A stretch of DNA of 64,000 nucleotides from positions 77,810,001 through 77,874,000 of the forward strand of contig OZ024740.1 in assembly GCA_964016885.1 (NCBI GenBank). The letters are read 5' to 3'. This document shows positions 1 through 17,549 of the stretch, piece by piece. This stretch comes from Eledone cirrhosa (Eukaryota). The position numbers and the translations under genes were made by a program. Numbering within the stretch: position 1 is the first letter of the stretch; each line of letters opens with the position of its first letter. Below the pieces are notes generated by a model that was not told the DNA's origin, did not search any database, and saw nothing but the letters and a program-made list of their open reading frames with translations.

Positions 1-1902
1 TAGCTGAAGCGTAGAGAAATCTCACATATGATCGTAAAAACAAACGACTGTCATTGTGAGCAGTCATAAGTTGCGTACTCTCGGGTCTCGAGTAATCGTC
101 CCCCACCCGCTTTATTAATTTTTCACATTTTTTCCACCCCCACCCACCCCTTGCTTGTAATTTTATTTTAGTTGGTAATGTAAAGTAAACGACTAATTCT
201 GGTTTTTGAAAAAAAAATCAACGGAGACAACGTAGAACAATTATCGCTTCCCCATCCCACTTATTTCAACCTCCTCCATTATTTTTTTTTACCCAAGAGT
301 AGGTCGTAATTCAAGGAATCCCTGAATATGTGTATATTCAATAGACTGGCTAGTTTTAGCATCTAGGAGGAAAATGTTTCGAAAATGAACATTTGTTGTC
401 AATCTATAGTAAATGTTGTGTTTTTCATGCTAAGCCAGAAGCTAAAAATACAACTGTGGTGGAGTGGCTGTTGCAACGGGTGTCACTGGCCATTGTCCAC
501 GGAAACACCTTTGCAGTATTGTCCGTGGGGTGACTCCGAAACACCGTGCTGACCTAGGCGTAGAGTCTGTCACCCTCTCCCCTTCCCTCTCTCTTTCTTC
601 TGTTGCCTAATAACCCTTGCTTTTTCCCTTCTTTTTCTTCGCATTTATGGCATTTATAGTCCTTTCCTTTACTTTCCTATACAGCCAGATCTGCCCTTTT
701 TTCCCCTTCACACATTTCTTTGCATTTTTTTCAATATTTATATCATCGTATAACTTCTCTCTGTAAAATATAGTTGACATAATAAGTTTATTTTATTATA
801 TTTAAAAATAAAACTGTGGTTATCTTCTTTTAAAATCCACCGATAGGACGACGGAACAGTCAAATGTTTCTATGCTGATTGGCAGAAAATATAGACAAGC
901 TATTTCGAATATTTTTATTTTGGCCTAATTTCTTCTTGGCATTGGCTCAATAGAGTTATTTTCCTTTACACGTTTTTTTTTTTTTTCAGTTACTTAGAAT
1001 GAAAACTGGTAAACAGATAAACCTTCACATTTCAACCATATAAAGGAGCTTTTCCACGGTAACCAAAAGCCAAATTGCCTCAGTGTGGGTGTGTGTCCGT
1101 GAAACATATACGTAGACACCAGGTCCGAACACAAAGGAACCAAATTCCCAATGTCACTGTCTCCGTCTCTTCCGCTCTCCCCATCTTTCACTATTATGAG
1201 CAAATGGGGACTCACACACTGGCGGTCCCGCGGCCCCAACGGACAGAATAGAGGAGGCTTTCTCCGGTGGAGGGTGAGAGAGACGCGCTGGAAAAGTCAT
1301 TCTAGCTCGCGAGGCTCACATCTGCGAGTAGCCAGCTCTGGCCGTGAGTAGGGAAGTGGCCATAGGGTCAAGGATACCAGAAGTCTCCACTGCTACGGGC
1401 TCGACCGCAAACCTGTCGGAGAGCGACCGATATTTGGAGAGTTTACGCTCTTCGGCCTGAAGTGCAGCAGAGCCTCACTCAACAAATTAGAAACGGCAGC
1501 CAAATCTTCAAATTGTATGCCAAGCTTTTTGACATTAAACCACTTGAATACGCCCTAGTTCGGCAATTTTTTATTTAGTGTTTATATTTATCTGAAAACT
1601 TTCCATCATAATTTTATTTAAGCGCCCCAATGGAATTACCCCTTTTTCCCTTTCGAAGGAGATAAATCCCTTATCTGGGACACGACATGCTGTGACACGT
1701 TTTACATCTCCAATTTAGTCGCCTTGGCCACAAATCCCGGTACTTGCAGCTCACAATGCAGAGTATAGGAAGACAAGTACCAGAGCTTGTCCGGCACCAT
1801 TTTGTCCGCGAGGCGCAGCTGAAACACTACTCTCATATAGTTATAGAGTCTATCACCCTCTCCTCTTCCCCCTTTCTTTTTTCTTTTGTCTAGTAGTCCT
1901 CT

Positions 1903-2127
1903 GCGGAGGCACTTGGCCTACTGGTAAAGGTTCGATTCCTGGACTAGGTTGCGTGTTGTGTTCTTGAGCAAAACACTTCATTTCATGTTGCTCCAGTATA
2001 CTCAGTATACACGATGGACTGGCATCCTGTCCAGGGGGAGCCTTGTACTCTCAGTCGTTTCATGCCATAAAACCGGGATAAGCACTGGTCAAATGAGCCT
2101 TCTGTCTTAAGACAGACTTTAGACTTT
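1903..2127 (+). mobile_element. tRNA-derived CORE-type SINE (octopus-like), degenerate
   Basis: A/B-box-like head (TGGCCTACTGG...GGTTCGATTCC), then CORE-like GTGTTCTTGAGCAAAACACTTCATTTCATGTTGCTCCAG and an (AGACTT)n tail; relatives at 13133-13380 (+), 41288-41578 (-) and 44858-44948 (-). Confidence 0.75.
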
Positions 2128-2649
2128 AAGCTAGTTGTCCACTTCCTCTCCTTTTCCTCTCATTTATGGAATTTATAGTTCTTTCCAATACTACTTTCTT
2201 TTTCTGTGTGTTTAACCAAATAGACATTTTGAAAATGCAAAAAAATATTTATTTAAGAACCTTTATTAAGTTATGCTCCAAACACCAGCTTAATAATATT
2301 ACTAAATCCCACCAAATTATTGATATTCAAAATTATCTGAAAACCATAGGGAGTGTTTTACATTGGAAATAGTAACTTAAGGGGTTAAGTGAGAAAATGT
2401 TCCATTAGATAATGTAGTCCTAAAGAGGTTGGATGGGCATGACTGGAACATACCCTTGCAGTTATGTATTGTTTCATTTTTAGCCTCTAGGTATTCGTTT
2501 GATCTGCTAGAAATAGAAACTATATGCCCTGCAAATAACAGCCCACAATTTTAAAAAGGAGATACATTGCATAATGTAGGCCTGAATAGACTATGCCTGA
2601 TTAGAAGGTGGAATGGTCACGACTGGAACGCTTTTGAACTGGTCTACAT

Positions 2650-5340
<2,691 letters not shown>

Positions 5341-5341
<1 letters not shown>

Positions 5342-5529
5342 GTAGTAGGTGAGTTTTATTGTAGTACAATAAAGCAATGCAGATATCGAATAAGTAGCAC
5401 TCTACAATTTGTAGGACTGGAGTATAAATAATATATAAGATCAAAAGATGGTTAAAAGAGTTCCATGTATTGAAATGCGCATAATAAAATACATGGAACT
5501 CTTTTAACCATCTTTTGATCTTATATTAT
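5341..5529 (+). mobile_element. HHR family A fragment with fold-back
   Basis: GAAATGCGCATAATAAAATA (3' half of the family A HHR) lies between ~40-bp inverted arms (5431-5470 / 5489-5527); 5341-5385 matches the reverse complement of ~34255-34300. Confidence 0.7.
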
Positions 5530-5530
5530 A

Positions 5531-6434
5531 CTAGCATTAAAGCCCGGCGTTGCTCGGGGTCATTAAGTTACCAAAGTTAGGTTGCACCACCCATTTTATG
5601 GCAGCACTTTTTTGTCTGCCAGGCACTGGGTGAATGAATTGCAGACCTGGACTGCCGAAGCAGGAGCTGCGCCAGCAGTGACAATTGTAGTTTCGCCTAT
5701 GGATATTATCTCTGTGCAAAAAAGTGTTGAAATTTATTGTTTCACAGTACTTGCGCAACACGCGCGTAGACGATGCCAGCCGAACAACAGAGCTGCGATG
5801 GAGTTGTTCTGCATGGTTGTCTGTGTGTTTTCTAAATTTAAGACAGTAGGGAGGGTTGTGATATGAGGGAGAGTTAGCTGTTGTTTTTAGCAGGTTTAGT
5901 GACCTCATAGAGGATATGTGTTTTCTAAATTTAAGACAGTAGGGAGTGGTGTGATATGGGGGAGAGTTAGCTGCTGTTTCTAGCAGGTTTAGTGACCTCA
6001 TAGAAGATATGTTTTCTAAATTTAAGACAGTAGGGAGGGGTGTGATATGGGGGAGAGTTAGCTGCTGTTTCTAGCAGGTTTAGTAACCTCATAGAGGATG
6101 TGTTTTCTAAATTTAAGATAGTAGGGAGTGGTGTGAACGGACAGTATCACCATCAAGCTTGGAAAGAGAAAGTAGCAGAAAGTATGAAGTTGTATGGATT
6201 TTGAATGGTAGTAGAAAAAGAGTTCAGCAGTTTAAATGAGAGAGAAAAATCGTAAAATATTGAGTTTTATCTATTTTTTGCGTAATTGTGGGTGAAATTG
6301 AAAAAATTATCTGCGTCAAGACGCAATCGAAACTATTTCGAATACTGAATTGTAAATTTCAATTGAAGAAATTCTATATCGTAGATTTCTATAACGAAGG
6401 AGCATGACCACATACTGAGCTTTATAGATTATGA
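5531..6434 (-). mobile_element. Non-autonomous Helitron with internal ~90-bp minisatellite
   Basis: Minus strand starts TC and ends with hairpin CCCGAGCAACGCCGGG followed by CTAG|T; about 3.3 tandem ~90-bp units at 5826-6135. Confidence 0.7.
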
Positions 6435-6450
6435 TATATATATATATATA

Positions 6451-6501
6451 TTAGAATTAGCCGTCGAAACGGCTTGAGCTCAGCCGTAGGGGTCCTACTC
6501 G

Positions 6502-6553
<52 letters not shown>

Positions 6554-6771
6554 AACGAGTAGGAGCGCGACGGCTGAGCTCAAGCCGTTTCGACGGCTAA
6601 TTCTGGACAATTTTTTTTCTTTTTTTAGTCCAGAATTAGCCGTCGAAACGGCTTGAGCTCAGCCGTCGGGGTCCTACTCTCCTACTCGTTCCTATTACCC
6701 ACTCTATTACCCTAAGTATTGAGTACTTTGGTGCGTTGTGGTCCACCTGGTTCCTTACCACGTTTCCTTCG

Positions 6772-6773
<2 letters not shown>
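6451..6773. mobile_element. Family X elements (3' half of an HHR plus tail), three pieces in alternating orientation
   Basis: GAAA-CGGCT(TGAGCTC)AGCCG-TC-GGGGTC; tail ends CCTTCGTT then (AT)n; also at 17214, 19432, 21017, 34356 and 63431. Confidence 0.75.
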
Positions 6774-6819
<46 letters not shown>

Positions 6820-7253
6820 ATATATATATATATTTCCCACATCTTACGTTAACTATTTTTCCATTTTGACGTTATAGTCACTTATATATTATGAAATACT
6901 GTTGGCTTCACGCTCACAACAATTTCTATACTTTAATTTATATATATATATATATATAAAATATATATAAATTATGTAGAAGTTGTATTTAATTTGTTGG
7001 AAGTCCGACAAACATAAATGTTTATAACTGATTTAGAGCACTCAACAGTTTGCGTCTCTATTTATAAAACAAACTTTGTATCTTTCTCCAGTGTCATTTA
7101 AATAAACGCTTGTTTTTTCAATTATTTACACATTCATTTGCATATTCACACGTAAGTTTGAATAATCGCTGATATGTTTCCACTATCCAGTGAATTTCCA
7201 ACCGTTAAGGTATGATTTTCATGGGTACGTCTCTATTTATAAAACAAACTTTG

Positions 7254-7318
7254 TATTTTATCTGATGAAAGCGTACCAATGTTGTCTTGGGTGCCCTTGA
7301 AATATATATAATAAAATA
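7254..7318 (+). ncRNA. Type I hammerhead ribozyme motif (family B)
   Basis: Stem I TATTTTAT/ATAAAATA; CTGATGA at 7262; stem II AAGCGTACC/GGTGCCCTT; GAAA at 7299; helix III ATATATAT; AUA site. Confidence 0.8.
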
Positions 7319-7381
7319 AATATGGTTTTATAAATATACTTTCCATTTATTTAATATCATGGTATATATATATTATATATA

Positions 7382-7431
<50 letters not shown>

Positions 7432-7464
7432 GGAAACTATATTTATAAAACCATATTTATTTCC

Positions 7465-7496
<32 letters not shown>

Positions 7497-7595
7497 ATAT
7501 ATATATTTTTTTTCTCTTACTCTTATATTTTTGTCATATGTAGACTGTACACTTTCTTGTTCACAGGTGTTTTTAGGCCTCATATCATATTACCT

Positions 7596-7665
7596 TATTT
7601 TATCTGATGAGAACGCAATTTTTGTTCCAGGATGAGGTTGTTTTCGAAATGCGCATAATAAAATA
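7596..7665 (+). ncRNA. Type I hammerhead ribozyme motif (family A)
   Basis: Stem I TATTTTAT/ATAAAATA; CTGATGA at 7604; GAAA at 7646; palindromic helix III ATGCGCAT; AUA site at 7655-7657. Confidence 0.8.
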
Positions 7666-7860
7666 TATGGAACTATTTTAACCATCGTTTAATTTCTTCT
7701 TTAATATATACTCCAGTTCTACCAACTGTTGAGTGCTACTTATCTGATATATGCATAGTATATACATATATACACATATAATATATATATATATATATTC
7801 ATATATACATACATATATAAAGAATATGTATGTGTGTGTGTGTGTGTGTGAGTGCGTGTT

Positions 7861-7891
<31 letters not shown>

Positions 7892-8263
7892 GTGTGTGTA
7901 TATGTATGTATGTATATGTGTGTGTGTAGAAGGTGGGGGAAAGGAAAGAGCAAGAAAGAAATATAAATAATACACATACAAGACAAGGAAAATGCATTAA
8001 CACACAAATGAAGGCAAATACCTACATAAGCATACATATACATACATACATACATACATACATACATACATACATACATACATACATACATACATACATA
8101 CATTTATACATACATATACACATACAAACATACATATATAAATACATACATATATAAATACATACATATATCATATATACAAACATGCATACATACATAC
8201 AAACAAACATACATACATACAAACATACATACATACATATATACATACATACACACAAATGAT

Positions 8264-8338
<75 letters not shown>

Positions 8339-8376
8339 TCCTTTATTATTTAACTATATAACTATATATATATATA

Positions 8377-8584
8377 TAGTTATCTAATAAACAACATAAT
8401 ATAATTATTTCATTTACCACCGGTTTCTTGAAAGCAAACTAAATTTGCCTTCAATCATCGGAATGAAAAAGTCCTGGTGTCACCAGGATTTTTTCATTCT
8501 GATGATTGAAGGCAAATTTTGTTTGCTTTCAAGAAACCAGTGGTAAATGAAATAATTATATTATGTTGTTTATTACATAACTAT
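8377..8584. repeat. Fold-back palindrome (~103-bp arms, 1-nt loop at 8480) carrying family C HHRs
   Basis: CCTGGTG-T-CACCAGG centre; arms are reverse complements with few mismatches; the left end abuts (TA)n. Confidence 0.9.
8492..8552 (+). ncRNA. Type I hammerhead ribozyme motif (family C)
   Basis: Stem I TTTCATT/AATGAAA; CTGATGA at 8499; 11-bp stem II TTGAAGGCAAA/TTTGCTTTCAA; GAAA-CC-AGT-GG-TA (GUA site). The mirror copy has CCGATGA. Confidence 0.85.
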
Positions 8585-8901
8585 TAAGCTTTGTAACCTA
8601 CATAGAGCACTCTTTTTTCCTGGACTTTTCCGACGGAATTACTTCATTCACACACACATATATATATATGAAGGGAGTCAGGATCCAGACCGCGTCATCA
8701 AGCGGTTTGGGCTTGCTGAACACAACCGCTTGGCGTGGCGGTCGGAATTAAACATATCTCTATACCCACTGTGCATCTTCCCATACATTCAGTAATCCCA
8801 TGATTATTGATCTTCCCGGTATCAGCACCGCAGACTCTATACACCCCCACCCCCACACACACATGCGCGCGCGCACACACACACACATACATATATATGT
8901 A

Positions 8902-8983
<82 letters not shown>

Positions 8984-9069
8984 TGGAACACTGGAAGGTA
9001 ATATCCGTAGTGGTAGAGCACTCAGTCCATGGGACGAGTTAGGTAGAAGTGGTTACACAAGTGTAACCA

Positions 9070-9176
<107 letters not shown>

Positions 9177-9559
9177 GTGATAAAATACAAGCTGTTCGAT
9201 AGTCTACCAGAGATCGTGAGAATTGGAAAGCATCTGTGAGAGATAGAAGGAAGCAGACAAGACAATGCTGGGGCCATACCCTTAATATTTTATATTGATT
9301 AGGTATTTTCCATTGAAGGACAGCCTAGCTGCTTAGTAAATGTGTACTTGTATAAGTTGAAGTGTATATTTTAGAGGTTCTTGTGTATCATGTTGAAATG
9401 GTGAATGCTGAAGTTTCTATCACAATGGACCCGCCTGTTGGATTGGCGAGTTGTCCAGAAGGTCGAACGTGAAAACAGATACTTCCTGAAAGGAGGAGAC
9501 GATGTGAATATCTTGGTGTTAGAATTGAGATATTCATTGGAGCATTTTAATCATTGACG

Positions 9560-9970
9560 ATTTAGGCTCATTTTAGAGGTCTACATCTCCTGGATCCGTT
9601 ACTGTAAGCCGTGGGCTTTCGAGAATAGTTCATATTAGTCATAATATTGATTCCTACCTTTCAAGGTCTATACGTGATTCGCTAAAGCTGCAGAGGTTCT
9701 CATAACATGTTTGTGGAGTGAAACCTATGGGTTGTATTTAGGTTTAAGAATTTCTTCAACCAATCCAGTTTTCTGTTTATTGTTTGGTTTGCAGTGTCCG
9801 AGGAGACTACGGCCTCGTGTACCACCAGTTTGATATTGAATTCCTAGTCTAATGGGAGTTTATCCTACTTTCTTAATAAATAACCTGCATTTTCAGGAGA
9901 TTTGGTTTAGTTGTTATAAAGGATTTCATGTTAGGAACATCTACTGAAGAATTTTTCTATATCTTCTTTA
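9560..9970 (-). pseudogene. Decayed Penelope-like element GIY-YIG endonuclease fragment
   Basis: Manual minus-strand translation across stops and frameshifts gives VVHEAVVSSD...RTSAALANHV*TLKGRNQYYD...*TILE.PTAYSNGSRRC, resembling the PLE endonuclease pattern ST.LS.H.W.LK...W.I..KA..Y.NGSK.C. Confidence 0.6.
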
Positions 9971-9974
9971 TCAT

Positions 9975-10430
9975 TCTTCGCCCACTTATTCCTGGGATGG
10001 TCGCAGGGGCAGAGTCCTCAAGCATGGCTGTCCTCAGCGTGTCCTGACAGAAGAAACTTTCAACAATTGATCTGACTAGATCCCCAAGCAAAACCAATCG
10101 AGCTCATGGATGTTAGCCAACCATCTTACTAGGGTCTACTCCTGAGTCTCCTGCCAGTTGGTTTTGCCCGTAAAATCTGTTCAGTGATTCTTTCCTTAGA
10201 TATTCTGACCATATGTCCGTAGTATCGGAGCTATGATTTCTCAATTCGGAGGAGTAGCAGTTCTACTTAGAGCGACTCTCTGATCTTCGAACTATGCACT
10301 TTACCGAATAACGTTACTCCAAAGACCCTTCGTAGGAACCACATTTCGGCCGCTTGTATTCGCGGTCGTACTCTTTCGGTCATTAATTATGACTGTAGAT
10401 AAGGGTTGGCACGAATACTGAATTGAAATA
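9975..10430 (-). mobile_element. RTE-clade LINE 3' fragment
   Basis: Homologous to 45390-45820, whose translation is RTE-like. Confidence 0.75.
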
Positions 10431-10834
10431 TATCGGTGTAGCGTTATAGAATATCTTGTAGAACAGAGAATATCTTACCTCTGTCAGTTTTAATGTTTAA
10501 TGGGGGATAGGAGCAAGAACTAGATGGCTTTTCTAGGCCTGTTCTTGTATCTTTTGAATAGATATAACAGGACTGTGGAAATATTGTCTTTGGAGCCCCT
10601 GTTTAGATCGGTCACATAATTGTATGAAACCTCCTTAATAAATCTAAACTTAGAAAGAAGCGGTTAGAGGGGGAGGAGGAAATTTAAGAGGGAGTAGTTT
10701 CGAGGGAAGAGGTGATGGTGAAAGGGGAAATGGGGGAAAGAAGGACCTATTACCGTCCCATGGATAAAATGCGATGTATTATTTTATCCACCATGTGGGG
10801 TAGGTGGATTTGAAGAATGACTAGTGCATTTATG

Positions 10835-10992
10835 GAGCATTTATTCTGACTCTTTGCGTTCTGAGTTCAAATCCCGCCAAGATCAACTTTGTTTTTCATT
10901 CTTCATTGGTCAGTAAAATCAAAATATTAGGATCGACATAATTGAGGTTCCCACCAAACTGCTGATCTTGTGCCTAAATTAGAAACTGTTAT
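10835..10992 (+). mobile_element. tRNA-derived SINE (Nin/Deu-domain-like), degenerate
   Basis: CTGAGTTCAAATCCCGCC...AACTTTG...TTTCAT motif shared with the 36.2-37.0 kb copies. Confidence 0.65.
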
Positions 10993-11811
10993 TTTATCCA
11001 AATGTTCCACTAAAATTTGTTATTTTCAACTGTTTACTTTCTATTTACTGCTATCTTTTATATCTGAGTACGCAGCAGAATCTAACTCTCTTCGCTATTG
11101 TTATTTCTAGTTTTACTTGTTTAGTTCCTCGTCTTTCCTGGCCATCTGCTGACTCACTTAATTTTCGGATTCGAAGAGTTTTTCCAAATTTTCTGTTATA
11201 ATAAAGTTCTATCTTTTGTCTCTGATTGGCTACAAAACCTTTACTGAGATTGTTATAGAAATTATTTTTTTTTACATATTTTAAAATAAGTTGAACTAAA
11301 ATGATTTAATATATATTTTTAACAAGCAGCCCCCACCCCTAGATTTTTTTATACGCTGAATTTTTCAAGTTGGTTATGCTCACCCGCGATGTTATATGTG
11401 TGTGTGTGTGTGAGCGTGCGTGTGTGTCTGTGTGTGTGTGCGTGTATGTGTGTGTATATATCAAGATTAAGCTAGTATTAAACTAGTCAGACCATTATTC
11501 AACTGAATATTCAATATTTGGGATAGGAGAAGCCATTTCTGTATCAAATAAATTAAATAATGATGTTTACACTCTACTAATGTATTAAGTAATTTTTTAA
11601 TAGTGGTTACCCCAGATTTAAATCGGGATCTCTCTATCTATCTCTATCTCTTTCTCTCTATATATAATAAGTTGACGGGACTAGCATGGGTTTCACTGCT
11701 AGGACGGTTCCATCTCAGCGTATTCAATAACTAATGTTATGTAAATTCCCAGAGTAGACACATAGTTATTCGCTTCAATACAACACACGTAAATGGGTAC
11801 CTTCATTCTAT

Positions 11812-11924
11812 ACCCGTACTCTAGTTTCGACCACACTTATTGCAGAAATAGAGTGCACAGCATCCACTGTCTGCATTTATTATGCAATAATGCACAACCG
11901 ACGCATGTGGCTTCATCAGCAGGT
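11812..11924 (-). ncRNA. Type I hammerhead ribozyme motif with ~70-nt loop II (family D)
   Basis: Minus strand: ACCTG-CTGATGA-AGCCACA...TGTGGTC-GAAA-CT-AG-AG-TA-CGGGT; stems I, II and III all pair; GUA site. Confidence 0.7.
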
Positions 11925-13132
11925 TGATTTACGGCATTTCTAGAGCATTTTTAATTCTAGCGGAGCCCATCGCCTCTCCAGGTCTGTATAGAGCAGATTT
12001 CTCCCAGAGAAGGGTAGAGTGGGAGAATGGATGTGAGAAAGAGATAGATAGGAAGAATCGATCCCAATACGAGACTAGTACTTCAATGAATGAAAGGCAA
12101 AGTTGACATCAATGAGATTTGAACTCAGAAAGCAGAGAACCGAACCAAATAACATCCAACATTCTAACGACTCTGCCTATTCGCTGTATTATCAAAGTCG
12201 CAACATTTAATTCTATTTTAAATGAACTGAGAACAGAATGCAAAGACAGAGGATAGAAGCTCCACAGAACAGAGAACAACTTAAAATAAATACTCATATT
12301 TCTGAGGTTTGATTTAATTGCTGCTGTTCCAGGCTACTCCTATCGATGAATGCAGTAGCAATAGAGAAACAGGAGCTGGAATAGCTTTGTCAGTAGAAAA
12401 TTGTATGTTTAGTATGGCTCTTTGAATTACAGGTACAATTCCTTTTTGCCAGCTGAGTTGATTGGAGCATGGTAAAATTCCACAGACGCGTGTACCCTAA
12501 TCATAATTCTGAAGGGGATTCAGCGTGACACCGTTTGCTACCGTATGCTGGCCCTTTGAATTATAAGTACTGTCCATCCAACAAGCTTCCAAACAGTTTC
12601 CGTCTACCCAGTTTTACTTACGAGGCCTAAATGTACATGAGAGGCTTCTTCTTTCTACCTTTTTCTTATTGCTAATATCATCACTAGGGTCAGTATGCCT
12701 GAGCTGGGCAATAGTTTGAACTCTTGCTGGCCTACAAAATGACTCAAATAGATTGTGTTTATCACCTCTGCTGGCCAAACTCCTTCCCATGTGTCCCCGT
12801 CGCACCACTGTTTCCACCAAATTGGGTTGGGTGTGAAAGTGAGAGCTCGGCGCTATAACCGATGCTATCCTTGGAGTGCACTATCCTAAAGTGCATTTAC
12901 TTGCAGCTGGACATCATTTGTGAGACCAATCACCCGAAGAAACTCCATTAAAATAAACTTACACAGTGAATTCCTTCGATCAAGTCGGCTCAACCCACTG
13001 CGGAAGAACACCACCACGAATACAAAAAGTAAGTAGAGGTAGACTTTTTTATTGTAATGTAGGGCCAGCAATGTCTAGGTTTTGGGATCTACTTCTTTCA
13101 TATTCCAGATACGTTTCATACACAGTGTGCAG

Positions 13133-13380
13133 GCAGGTGGGTTCGATTCCTGAAATAGGTGACACGCTGTGTACTTGAGCAAAACACTTCATTTTTCTTT
13201 GCTCCAGTCCAGTCAGCTGAAAAAGGAGTATCAGTAGCAACTGGGAATTAACCCTGAGTTGGCCTGGCATCTTGTCCAGAGGAGAGTCTTGTACTTTCGG
13301 TCACATAACGCCGATGAAACATAAGACCCAAGTTAAACACCGACCTGATAAGCCTGATAGCTTTGGAGAGACTTTGGCTT
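13133..13380 (+). mobile_element. CORE-type SINE, 5'-degenerate
   Basis: GGTTCGATTCC B-box, then TGTACTTGAGCAAAACACTTCATTT...GCTCCAGTCCAGTCAGCTG. Confidence 0.7.
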
Positions 13381-13564
13381 ATAAAAAAATGTTCACACAC
13401 ATTTGTAATATTGTCAAAAATTCACCCTAAACACTAGCTTTCCTCTTAATGGCCAGAAGATAATTCAGTCCAGATAAGTGGCCAATTCTCTACAAAGGTC
13501 AACTGCTACCCATATAGACACTACTGCTGCTCAGGTGATGAAGAGTGAGGGTATCATGGTGGGG

Positions 13565-15535
<1,971 letters not shown>

Positions 15536-16699
15536 AGCATAGTAGTCGTCAAAAATGAATGGGTTTATAGTAAAAACATATTTTATTTAAATCCTTCATT
15601 GTACAACATTCAATGTTAAGATGCTTGAATCGTCGAGTTTTCGAGGTCTTTTTCACGCTTCTCCCGCTGGTCATCAATGTATTGTATATCAAATTCATTT
15701 ACATCTTCATTCATATTTTCTTTACTCATAATCAAATATGCAGAAGTTAGCCAATGATAAAAATATGAAAACAAAAGATAAATACAAAAGAAGGAAAAAG
15801 GGGGTAAAGAAGGGTAGATCTGACTGTATAGGAAAGTAAGGAAAGGACTATAAATGCAATAAATGAGAAGAAAAGAGGGAAAGCAAGGACTATTAGACAA
15901 CGGAAGAAAGAGAGGGTGGATGGAAGAGGGGGACAGATTCGACGCCTAGGTCGGGACGTTGTTTCGGCTGCACCCTGCGGACAAAACTGCAAAGGCATTT
16001 CTGCGGACAATGACCAACGACATTCGCTGCGAAACCCGCCCCAACTCACGTGGCTCATTCCTCATACGGGCTGTTGACGTTCCGATTTTGCGGAGGATCT
16101 GGGCTGTCCGGAATTCGAGAACGCCTGAGGTCTCGTTGGCGACCGGCGTAAAGGAGGAAGCGACTGGACAAGCCCTACTATTTGCTTGTCTTCCTGTCCT
16201 CTGCATTGCAAGCCGCGGTACCGGGGTCAGTGGCGGCAGCAAGTAAGCTATAAGCGGAGAACGTGTCATCCACTAAATTACGACTTTGATCTACCTTTGT
16301 ATCTTTCTTCGCACTGCTGTTGGGATACACGCTTTGCTGTTGTTATTGTTGTTCTTGTCTCGAAATACGGACATTGTTAAATGAAGATAAATAGATAGCT
16401 ATAGACATGTTGGTAGGGAATGAGATAGCTAGATACATAGGTAAACAGAGAAACAGAAAAACAGAGGCATATATAAATAGATATATACATAGATGTTTTT
16501 ATTGTCCGAAGATAAATACATAGGTATGTAACTATATATTGGTGGTGCTCTACAAATGAACATATTTTCAATACATACAGATGCTCAAATTACCACAAAA
16601 ATCTAGCACAATTGTTGTCAATTGACTCGTGTAGTTTATTATTATGTTGTATATATAATTTGTATATATGTACAAACACATACACACAAACACAGACAT

Positions 16700-16831
<132 letters not shown>

Positions 16832-17137
16832 TTATTAAATAACAGATTAAAGTTTAAGCAAAGAATCGCTGCTTTCACCCTTAACGAGATCTTCTGAAAC
16901 TAAAAAAGTCAATCTGTCAACGCAGAAGTGGATATTTCAAAAAACGTTGCAACCGGAGGAAGACAGGAAGACGATACTTTGGTTCGTGGAAACGTTCCCT
17001 GGCAAAGAACGGGAAAAAACGAATATAATACGTCATTATCGAGCCCTCTTTGGATTTTAGTCTTCAAATTTATTATTATTACTATATATATATATATATA
17101 TATATATAGTTATGTAATAAACAACATAAGATAATTA

Positions 17138-17194
17138 TTTCATTTACCAGTGGTTTCTTGAAAGCAAACGAAATTTGCTTTCATTCATCAGAAT
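17138..17194 (-). ncRNA. HHR motif, family C, 5'-truncated at (TA)n
   Basis: Minus strand: ATT-CTGATGA-ATGAAAGCAAA..TTTGCTTTCAA-GAAACCACTGG-TA-AATGAAA. Confidence 0.7.
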
Positions 17195-17213
17195 ATATAT
17201 ATATATATATATT

Positions 17214-17401
17214 ATAGGAAAATAGTCAGGGCCCCGACGGCTGAGCTCCGGCCGTTTCGACAGCTAGATCCGAACGGATCTAGTTCAGATCTAGCTATCG
17301 AAACGGCTGGGGCTCAGCCGTCGGGGTCATGACTCTTCCTCTACCCACTCTACTACTTAAGTATCGAGTACTCTGGTGCGTTATGGTCCACACTTTCTTT
17401 G

Positions 17402-17403
<2 letters not shown>
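17214..17403. mobile_element. Family X fold-back element between (TA)n tracts
   Basis: Inverted partial copy, a CTAGATCCG-AA-CGGATCTAG hairpin, then the sense copy ending at (TA)n. Confidence 0.8.
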
Positions 17404-17477
<74 letters not shown>

Positions 17478-17549
17478 AATGTATAAATTGAGTTTGAAAC
17501 TCAAATAGTCTCTTACAATAAAAAGAAAGAGAATTTTTCCGAGCCGTAT

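Noticed and set aside
972-1013. Poly-T/CAG acceptor followed 19 nt later by GTAAAC (possible micro-exon)
   Set aside because: No supporting neighbouring exons; such signals arise by chance.
5826-6135. Regular ~90-bp repeats that might resemble a CRISPR array
   Set aside because: Whole units repeat with no unique spacers; eukaryotic Helitron-internal minisatellite; no cas genes.
15900-16380. GC-rich segment with a minus-strand GAAACAACGTC and several ~100-aa ORFs
   Set aside because: No upstream CUGANGA core and no recognisable domain; probably an unidentified repeat.
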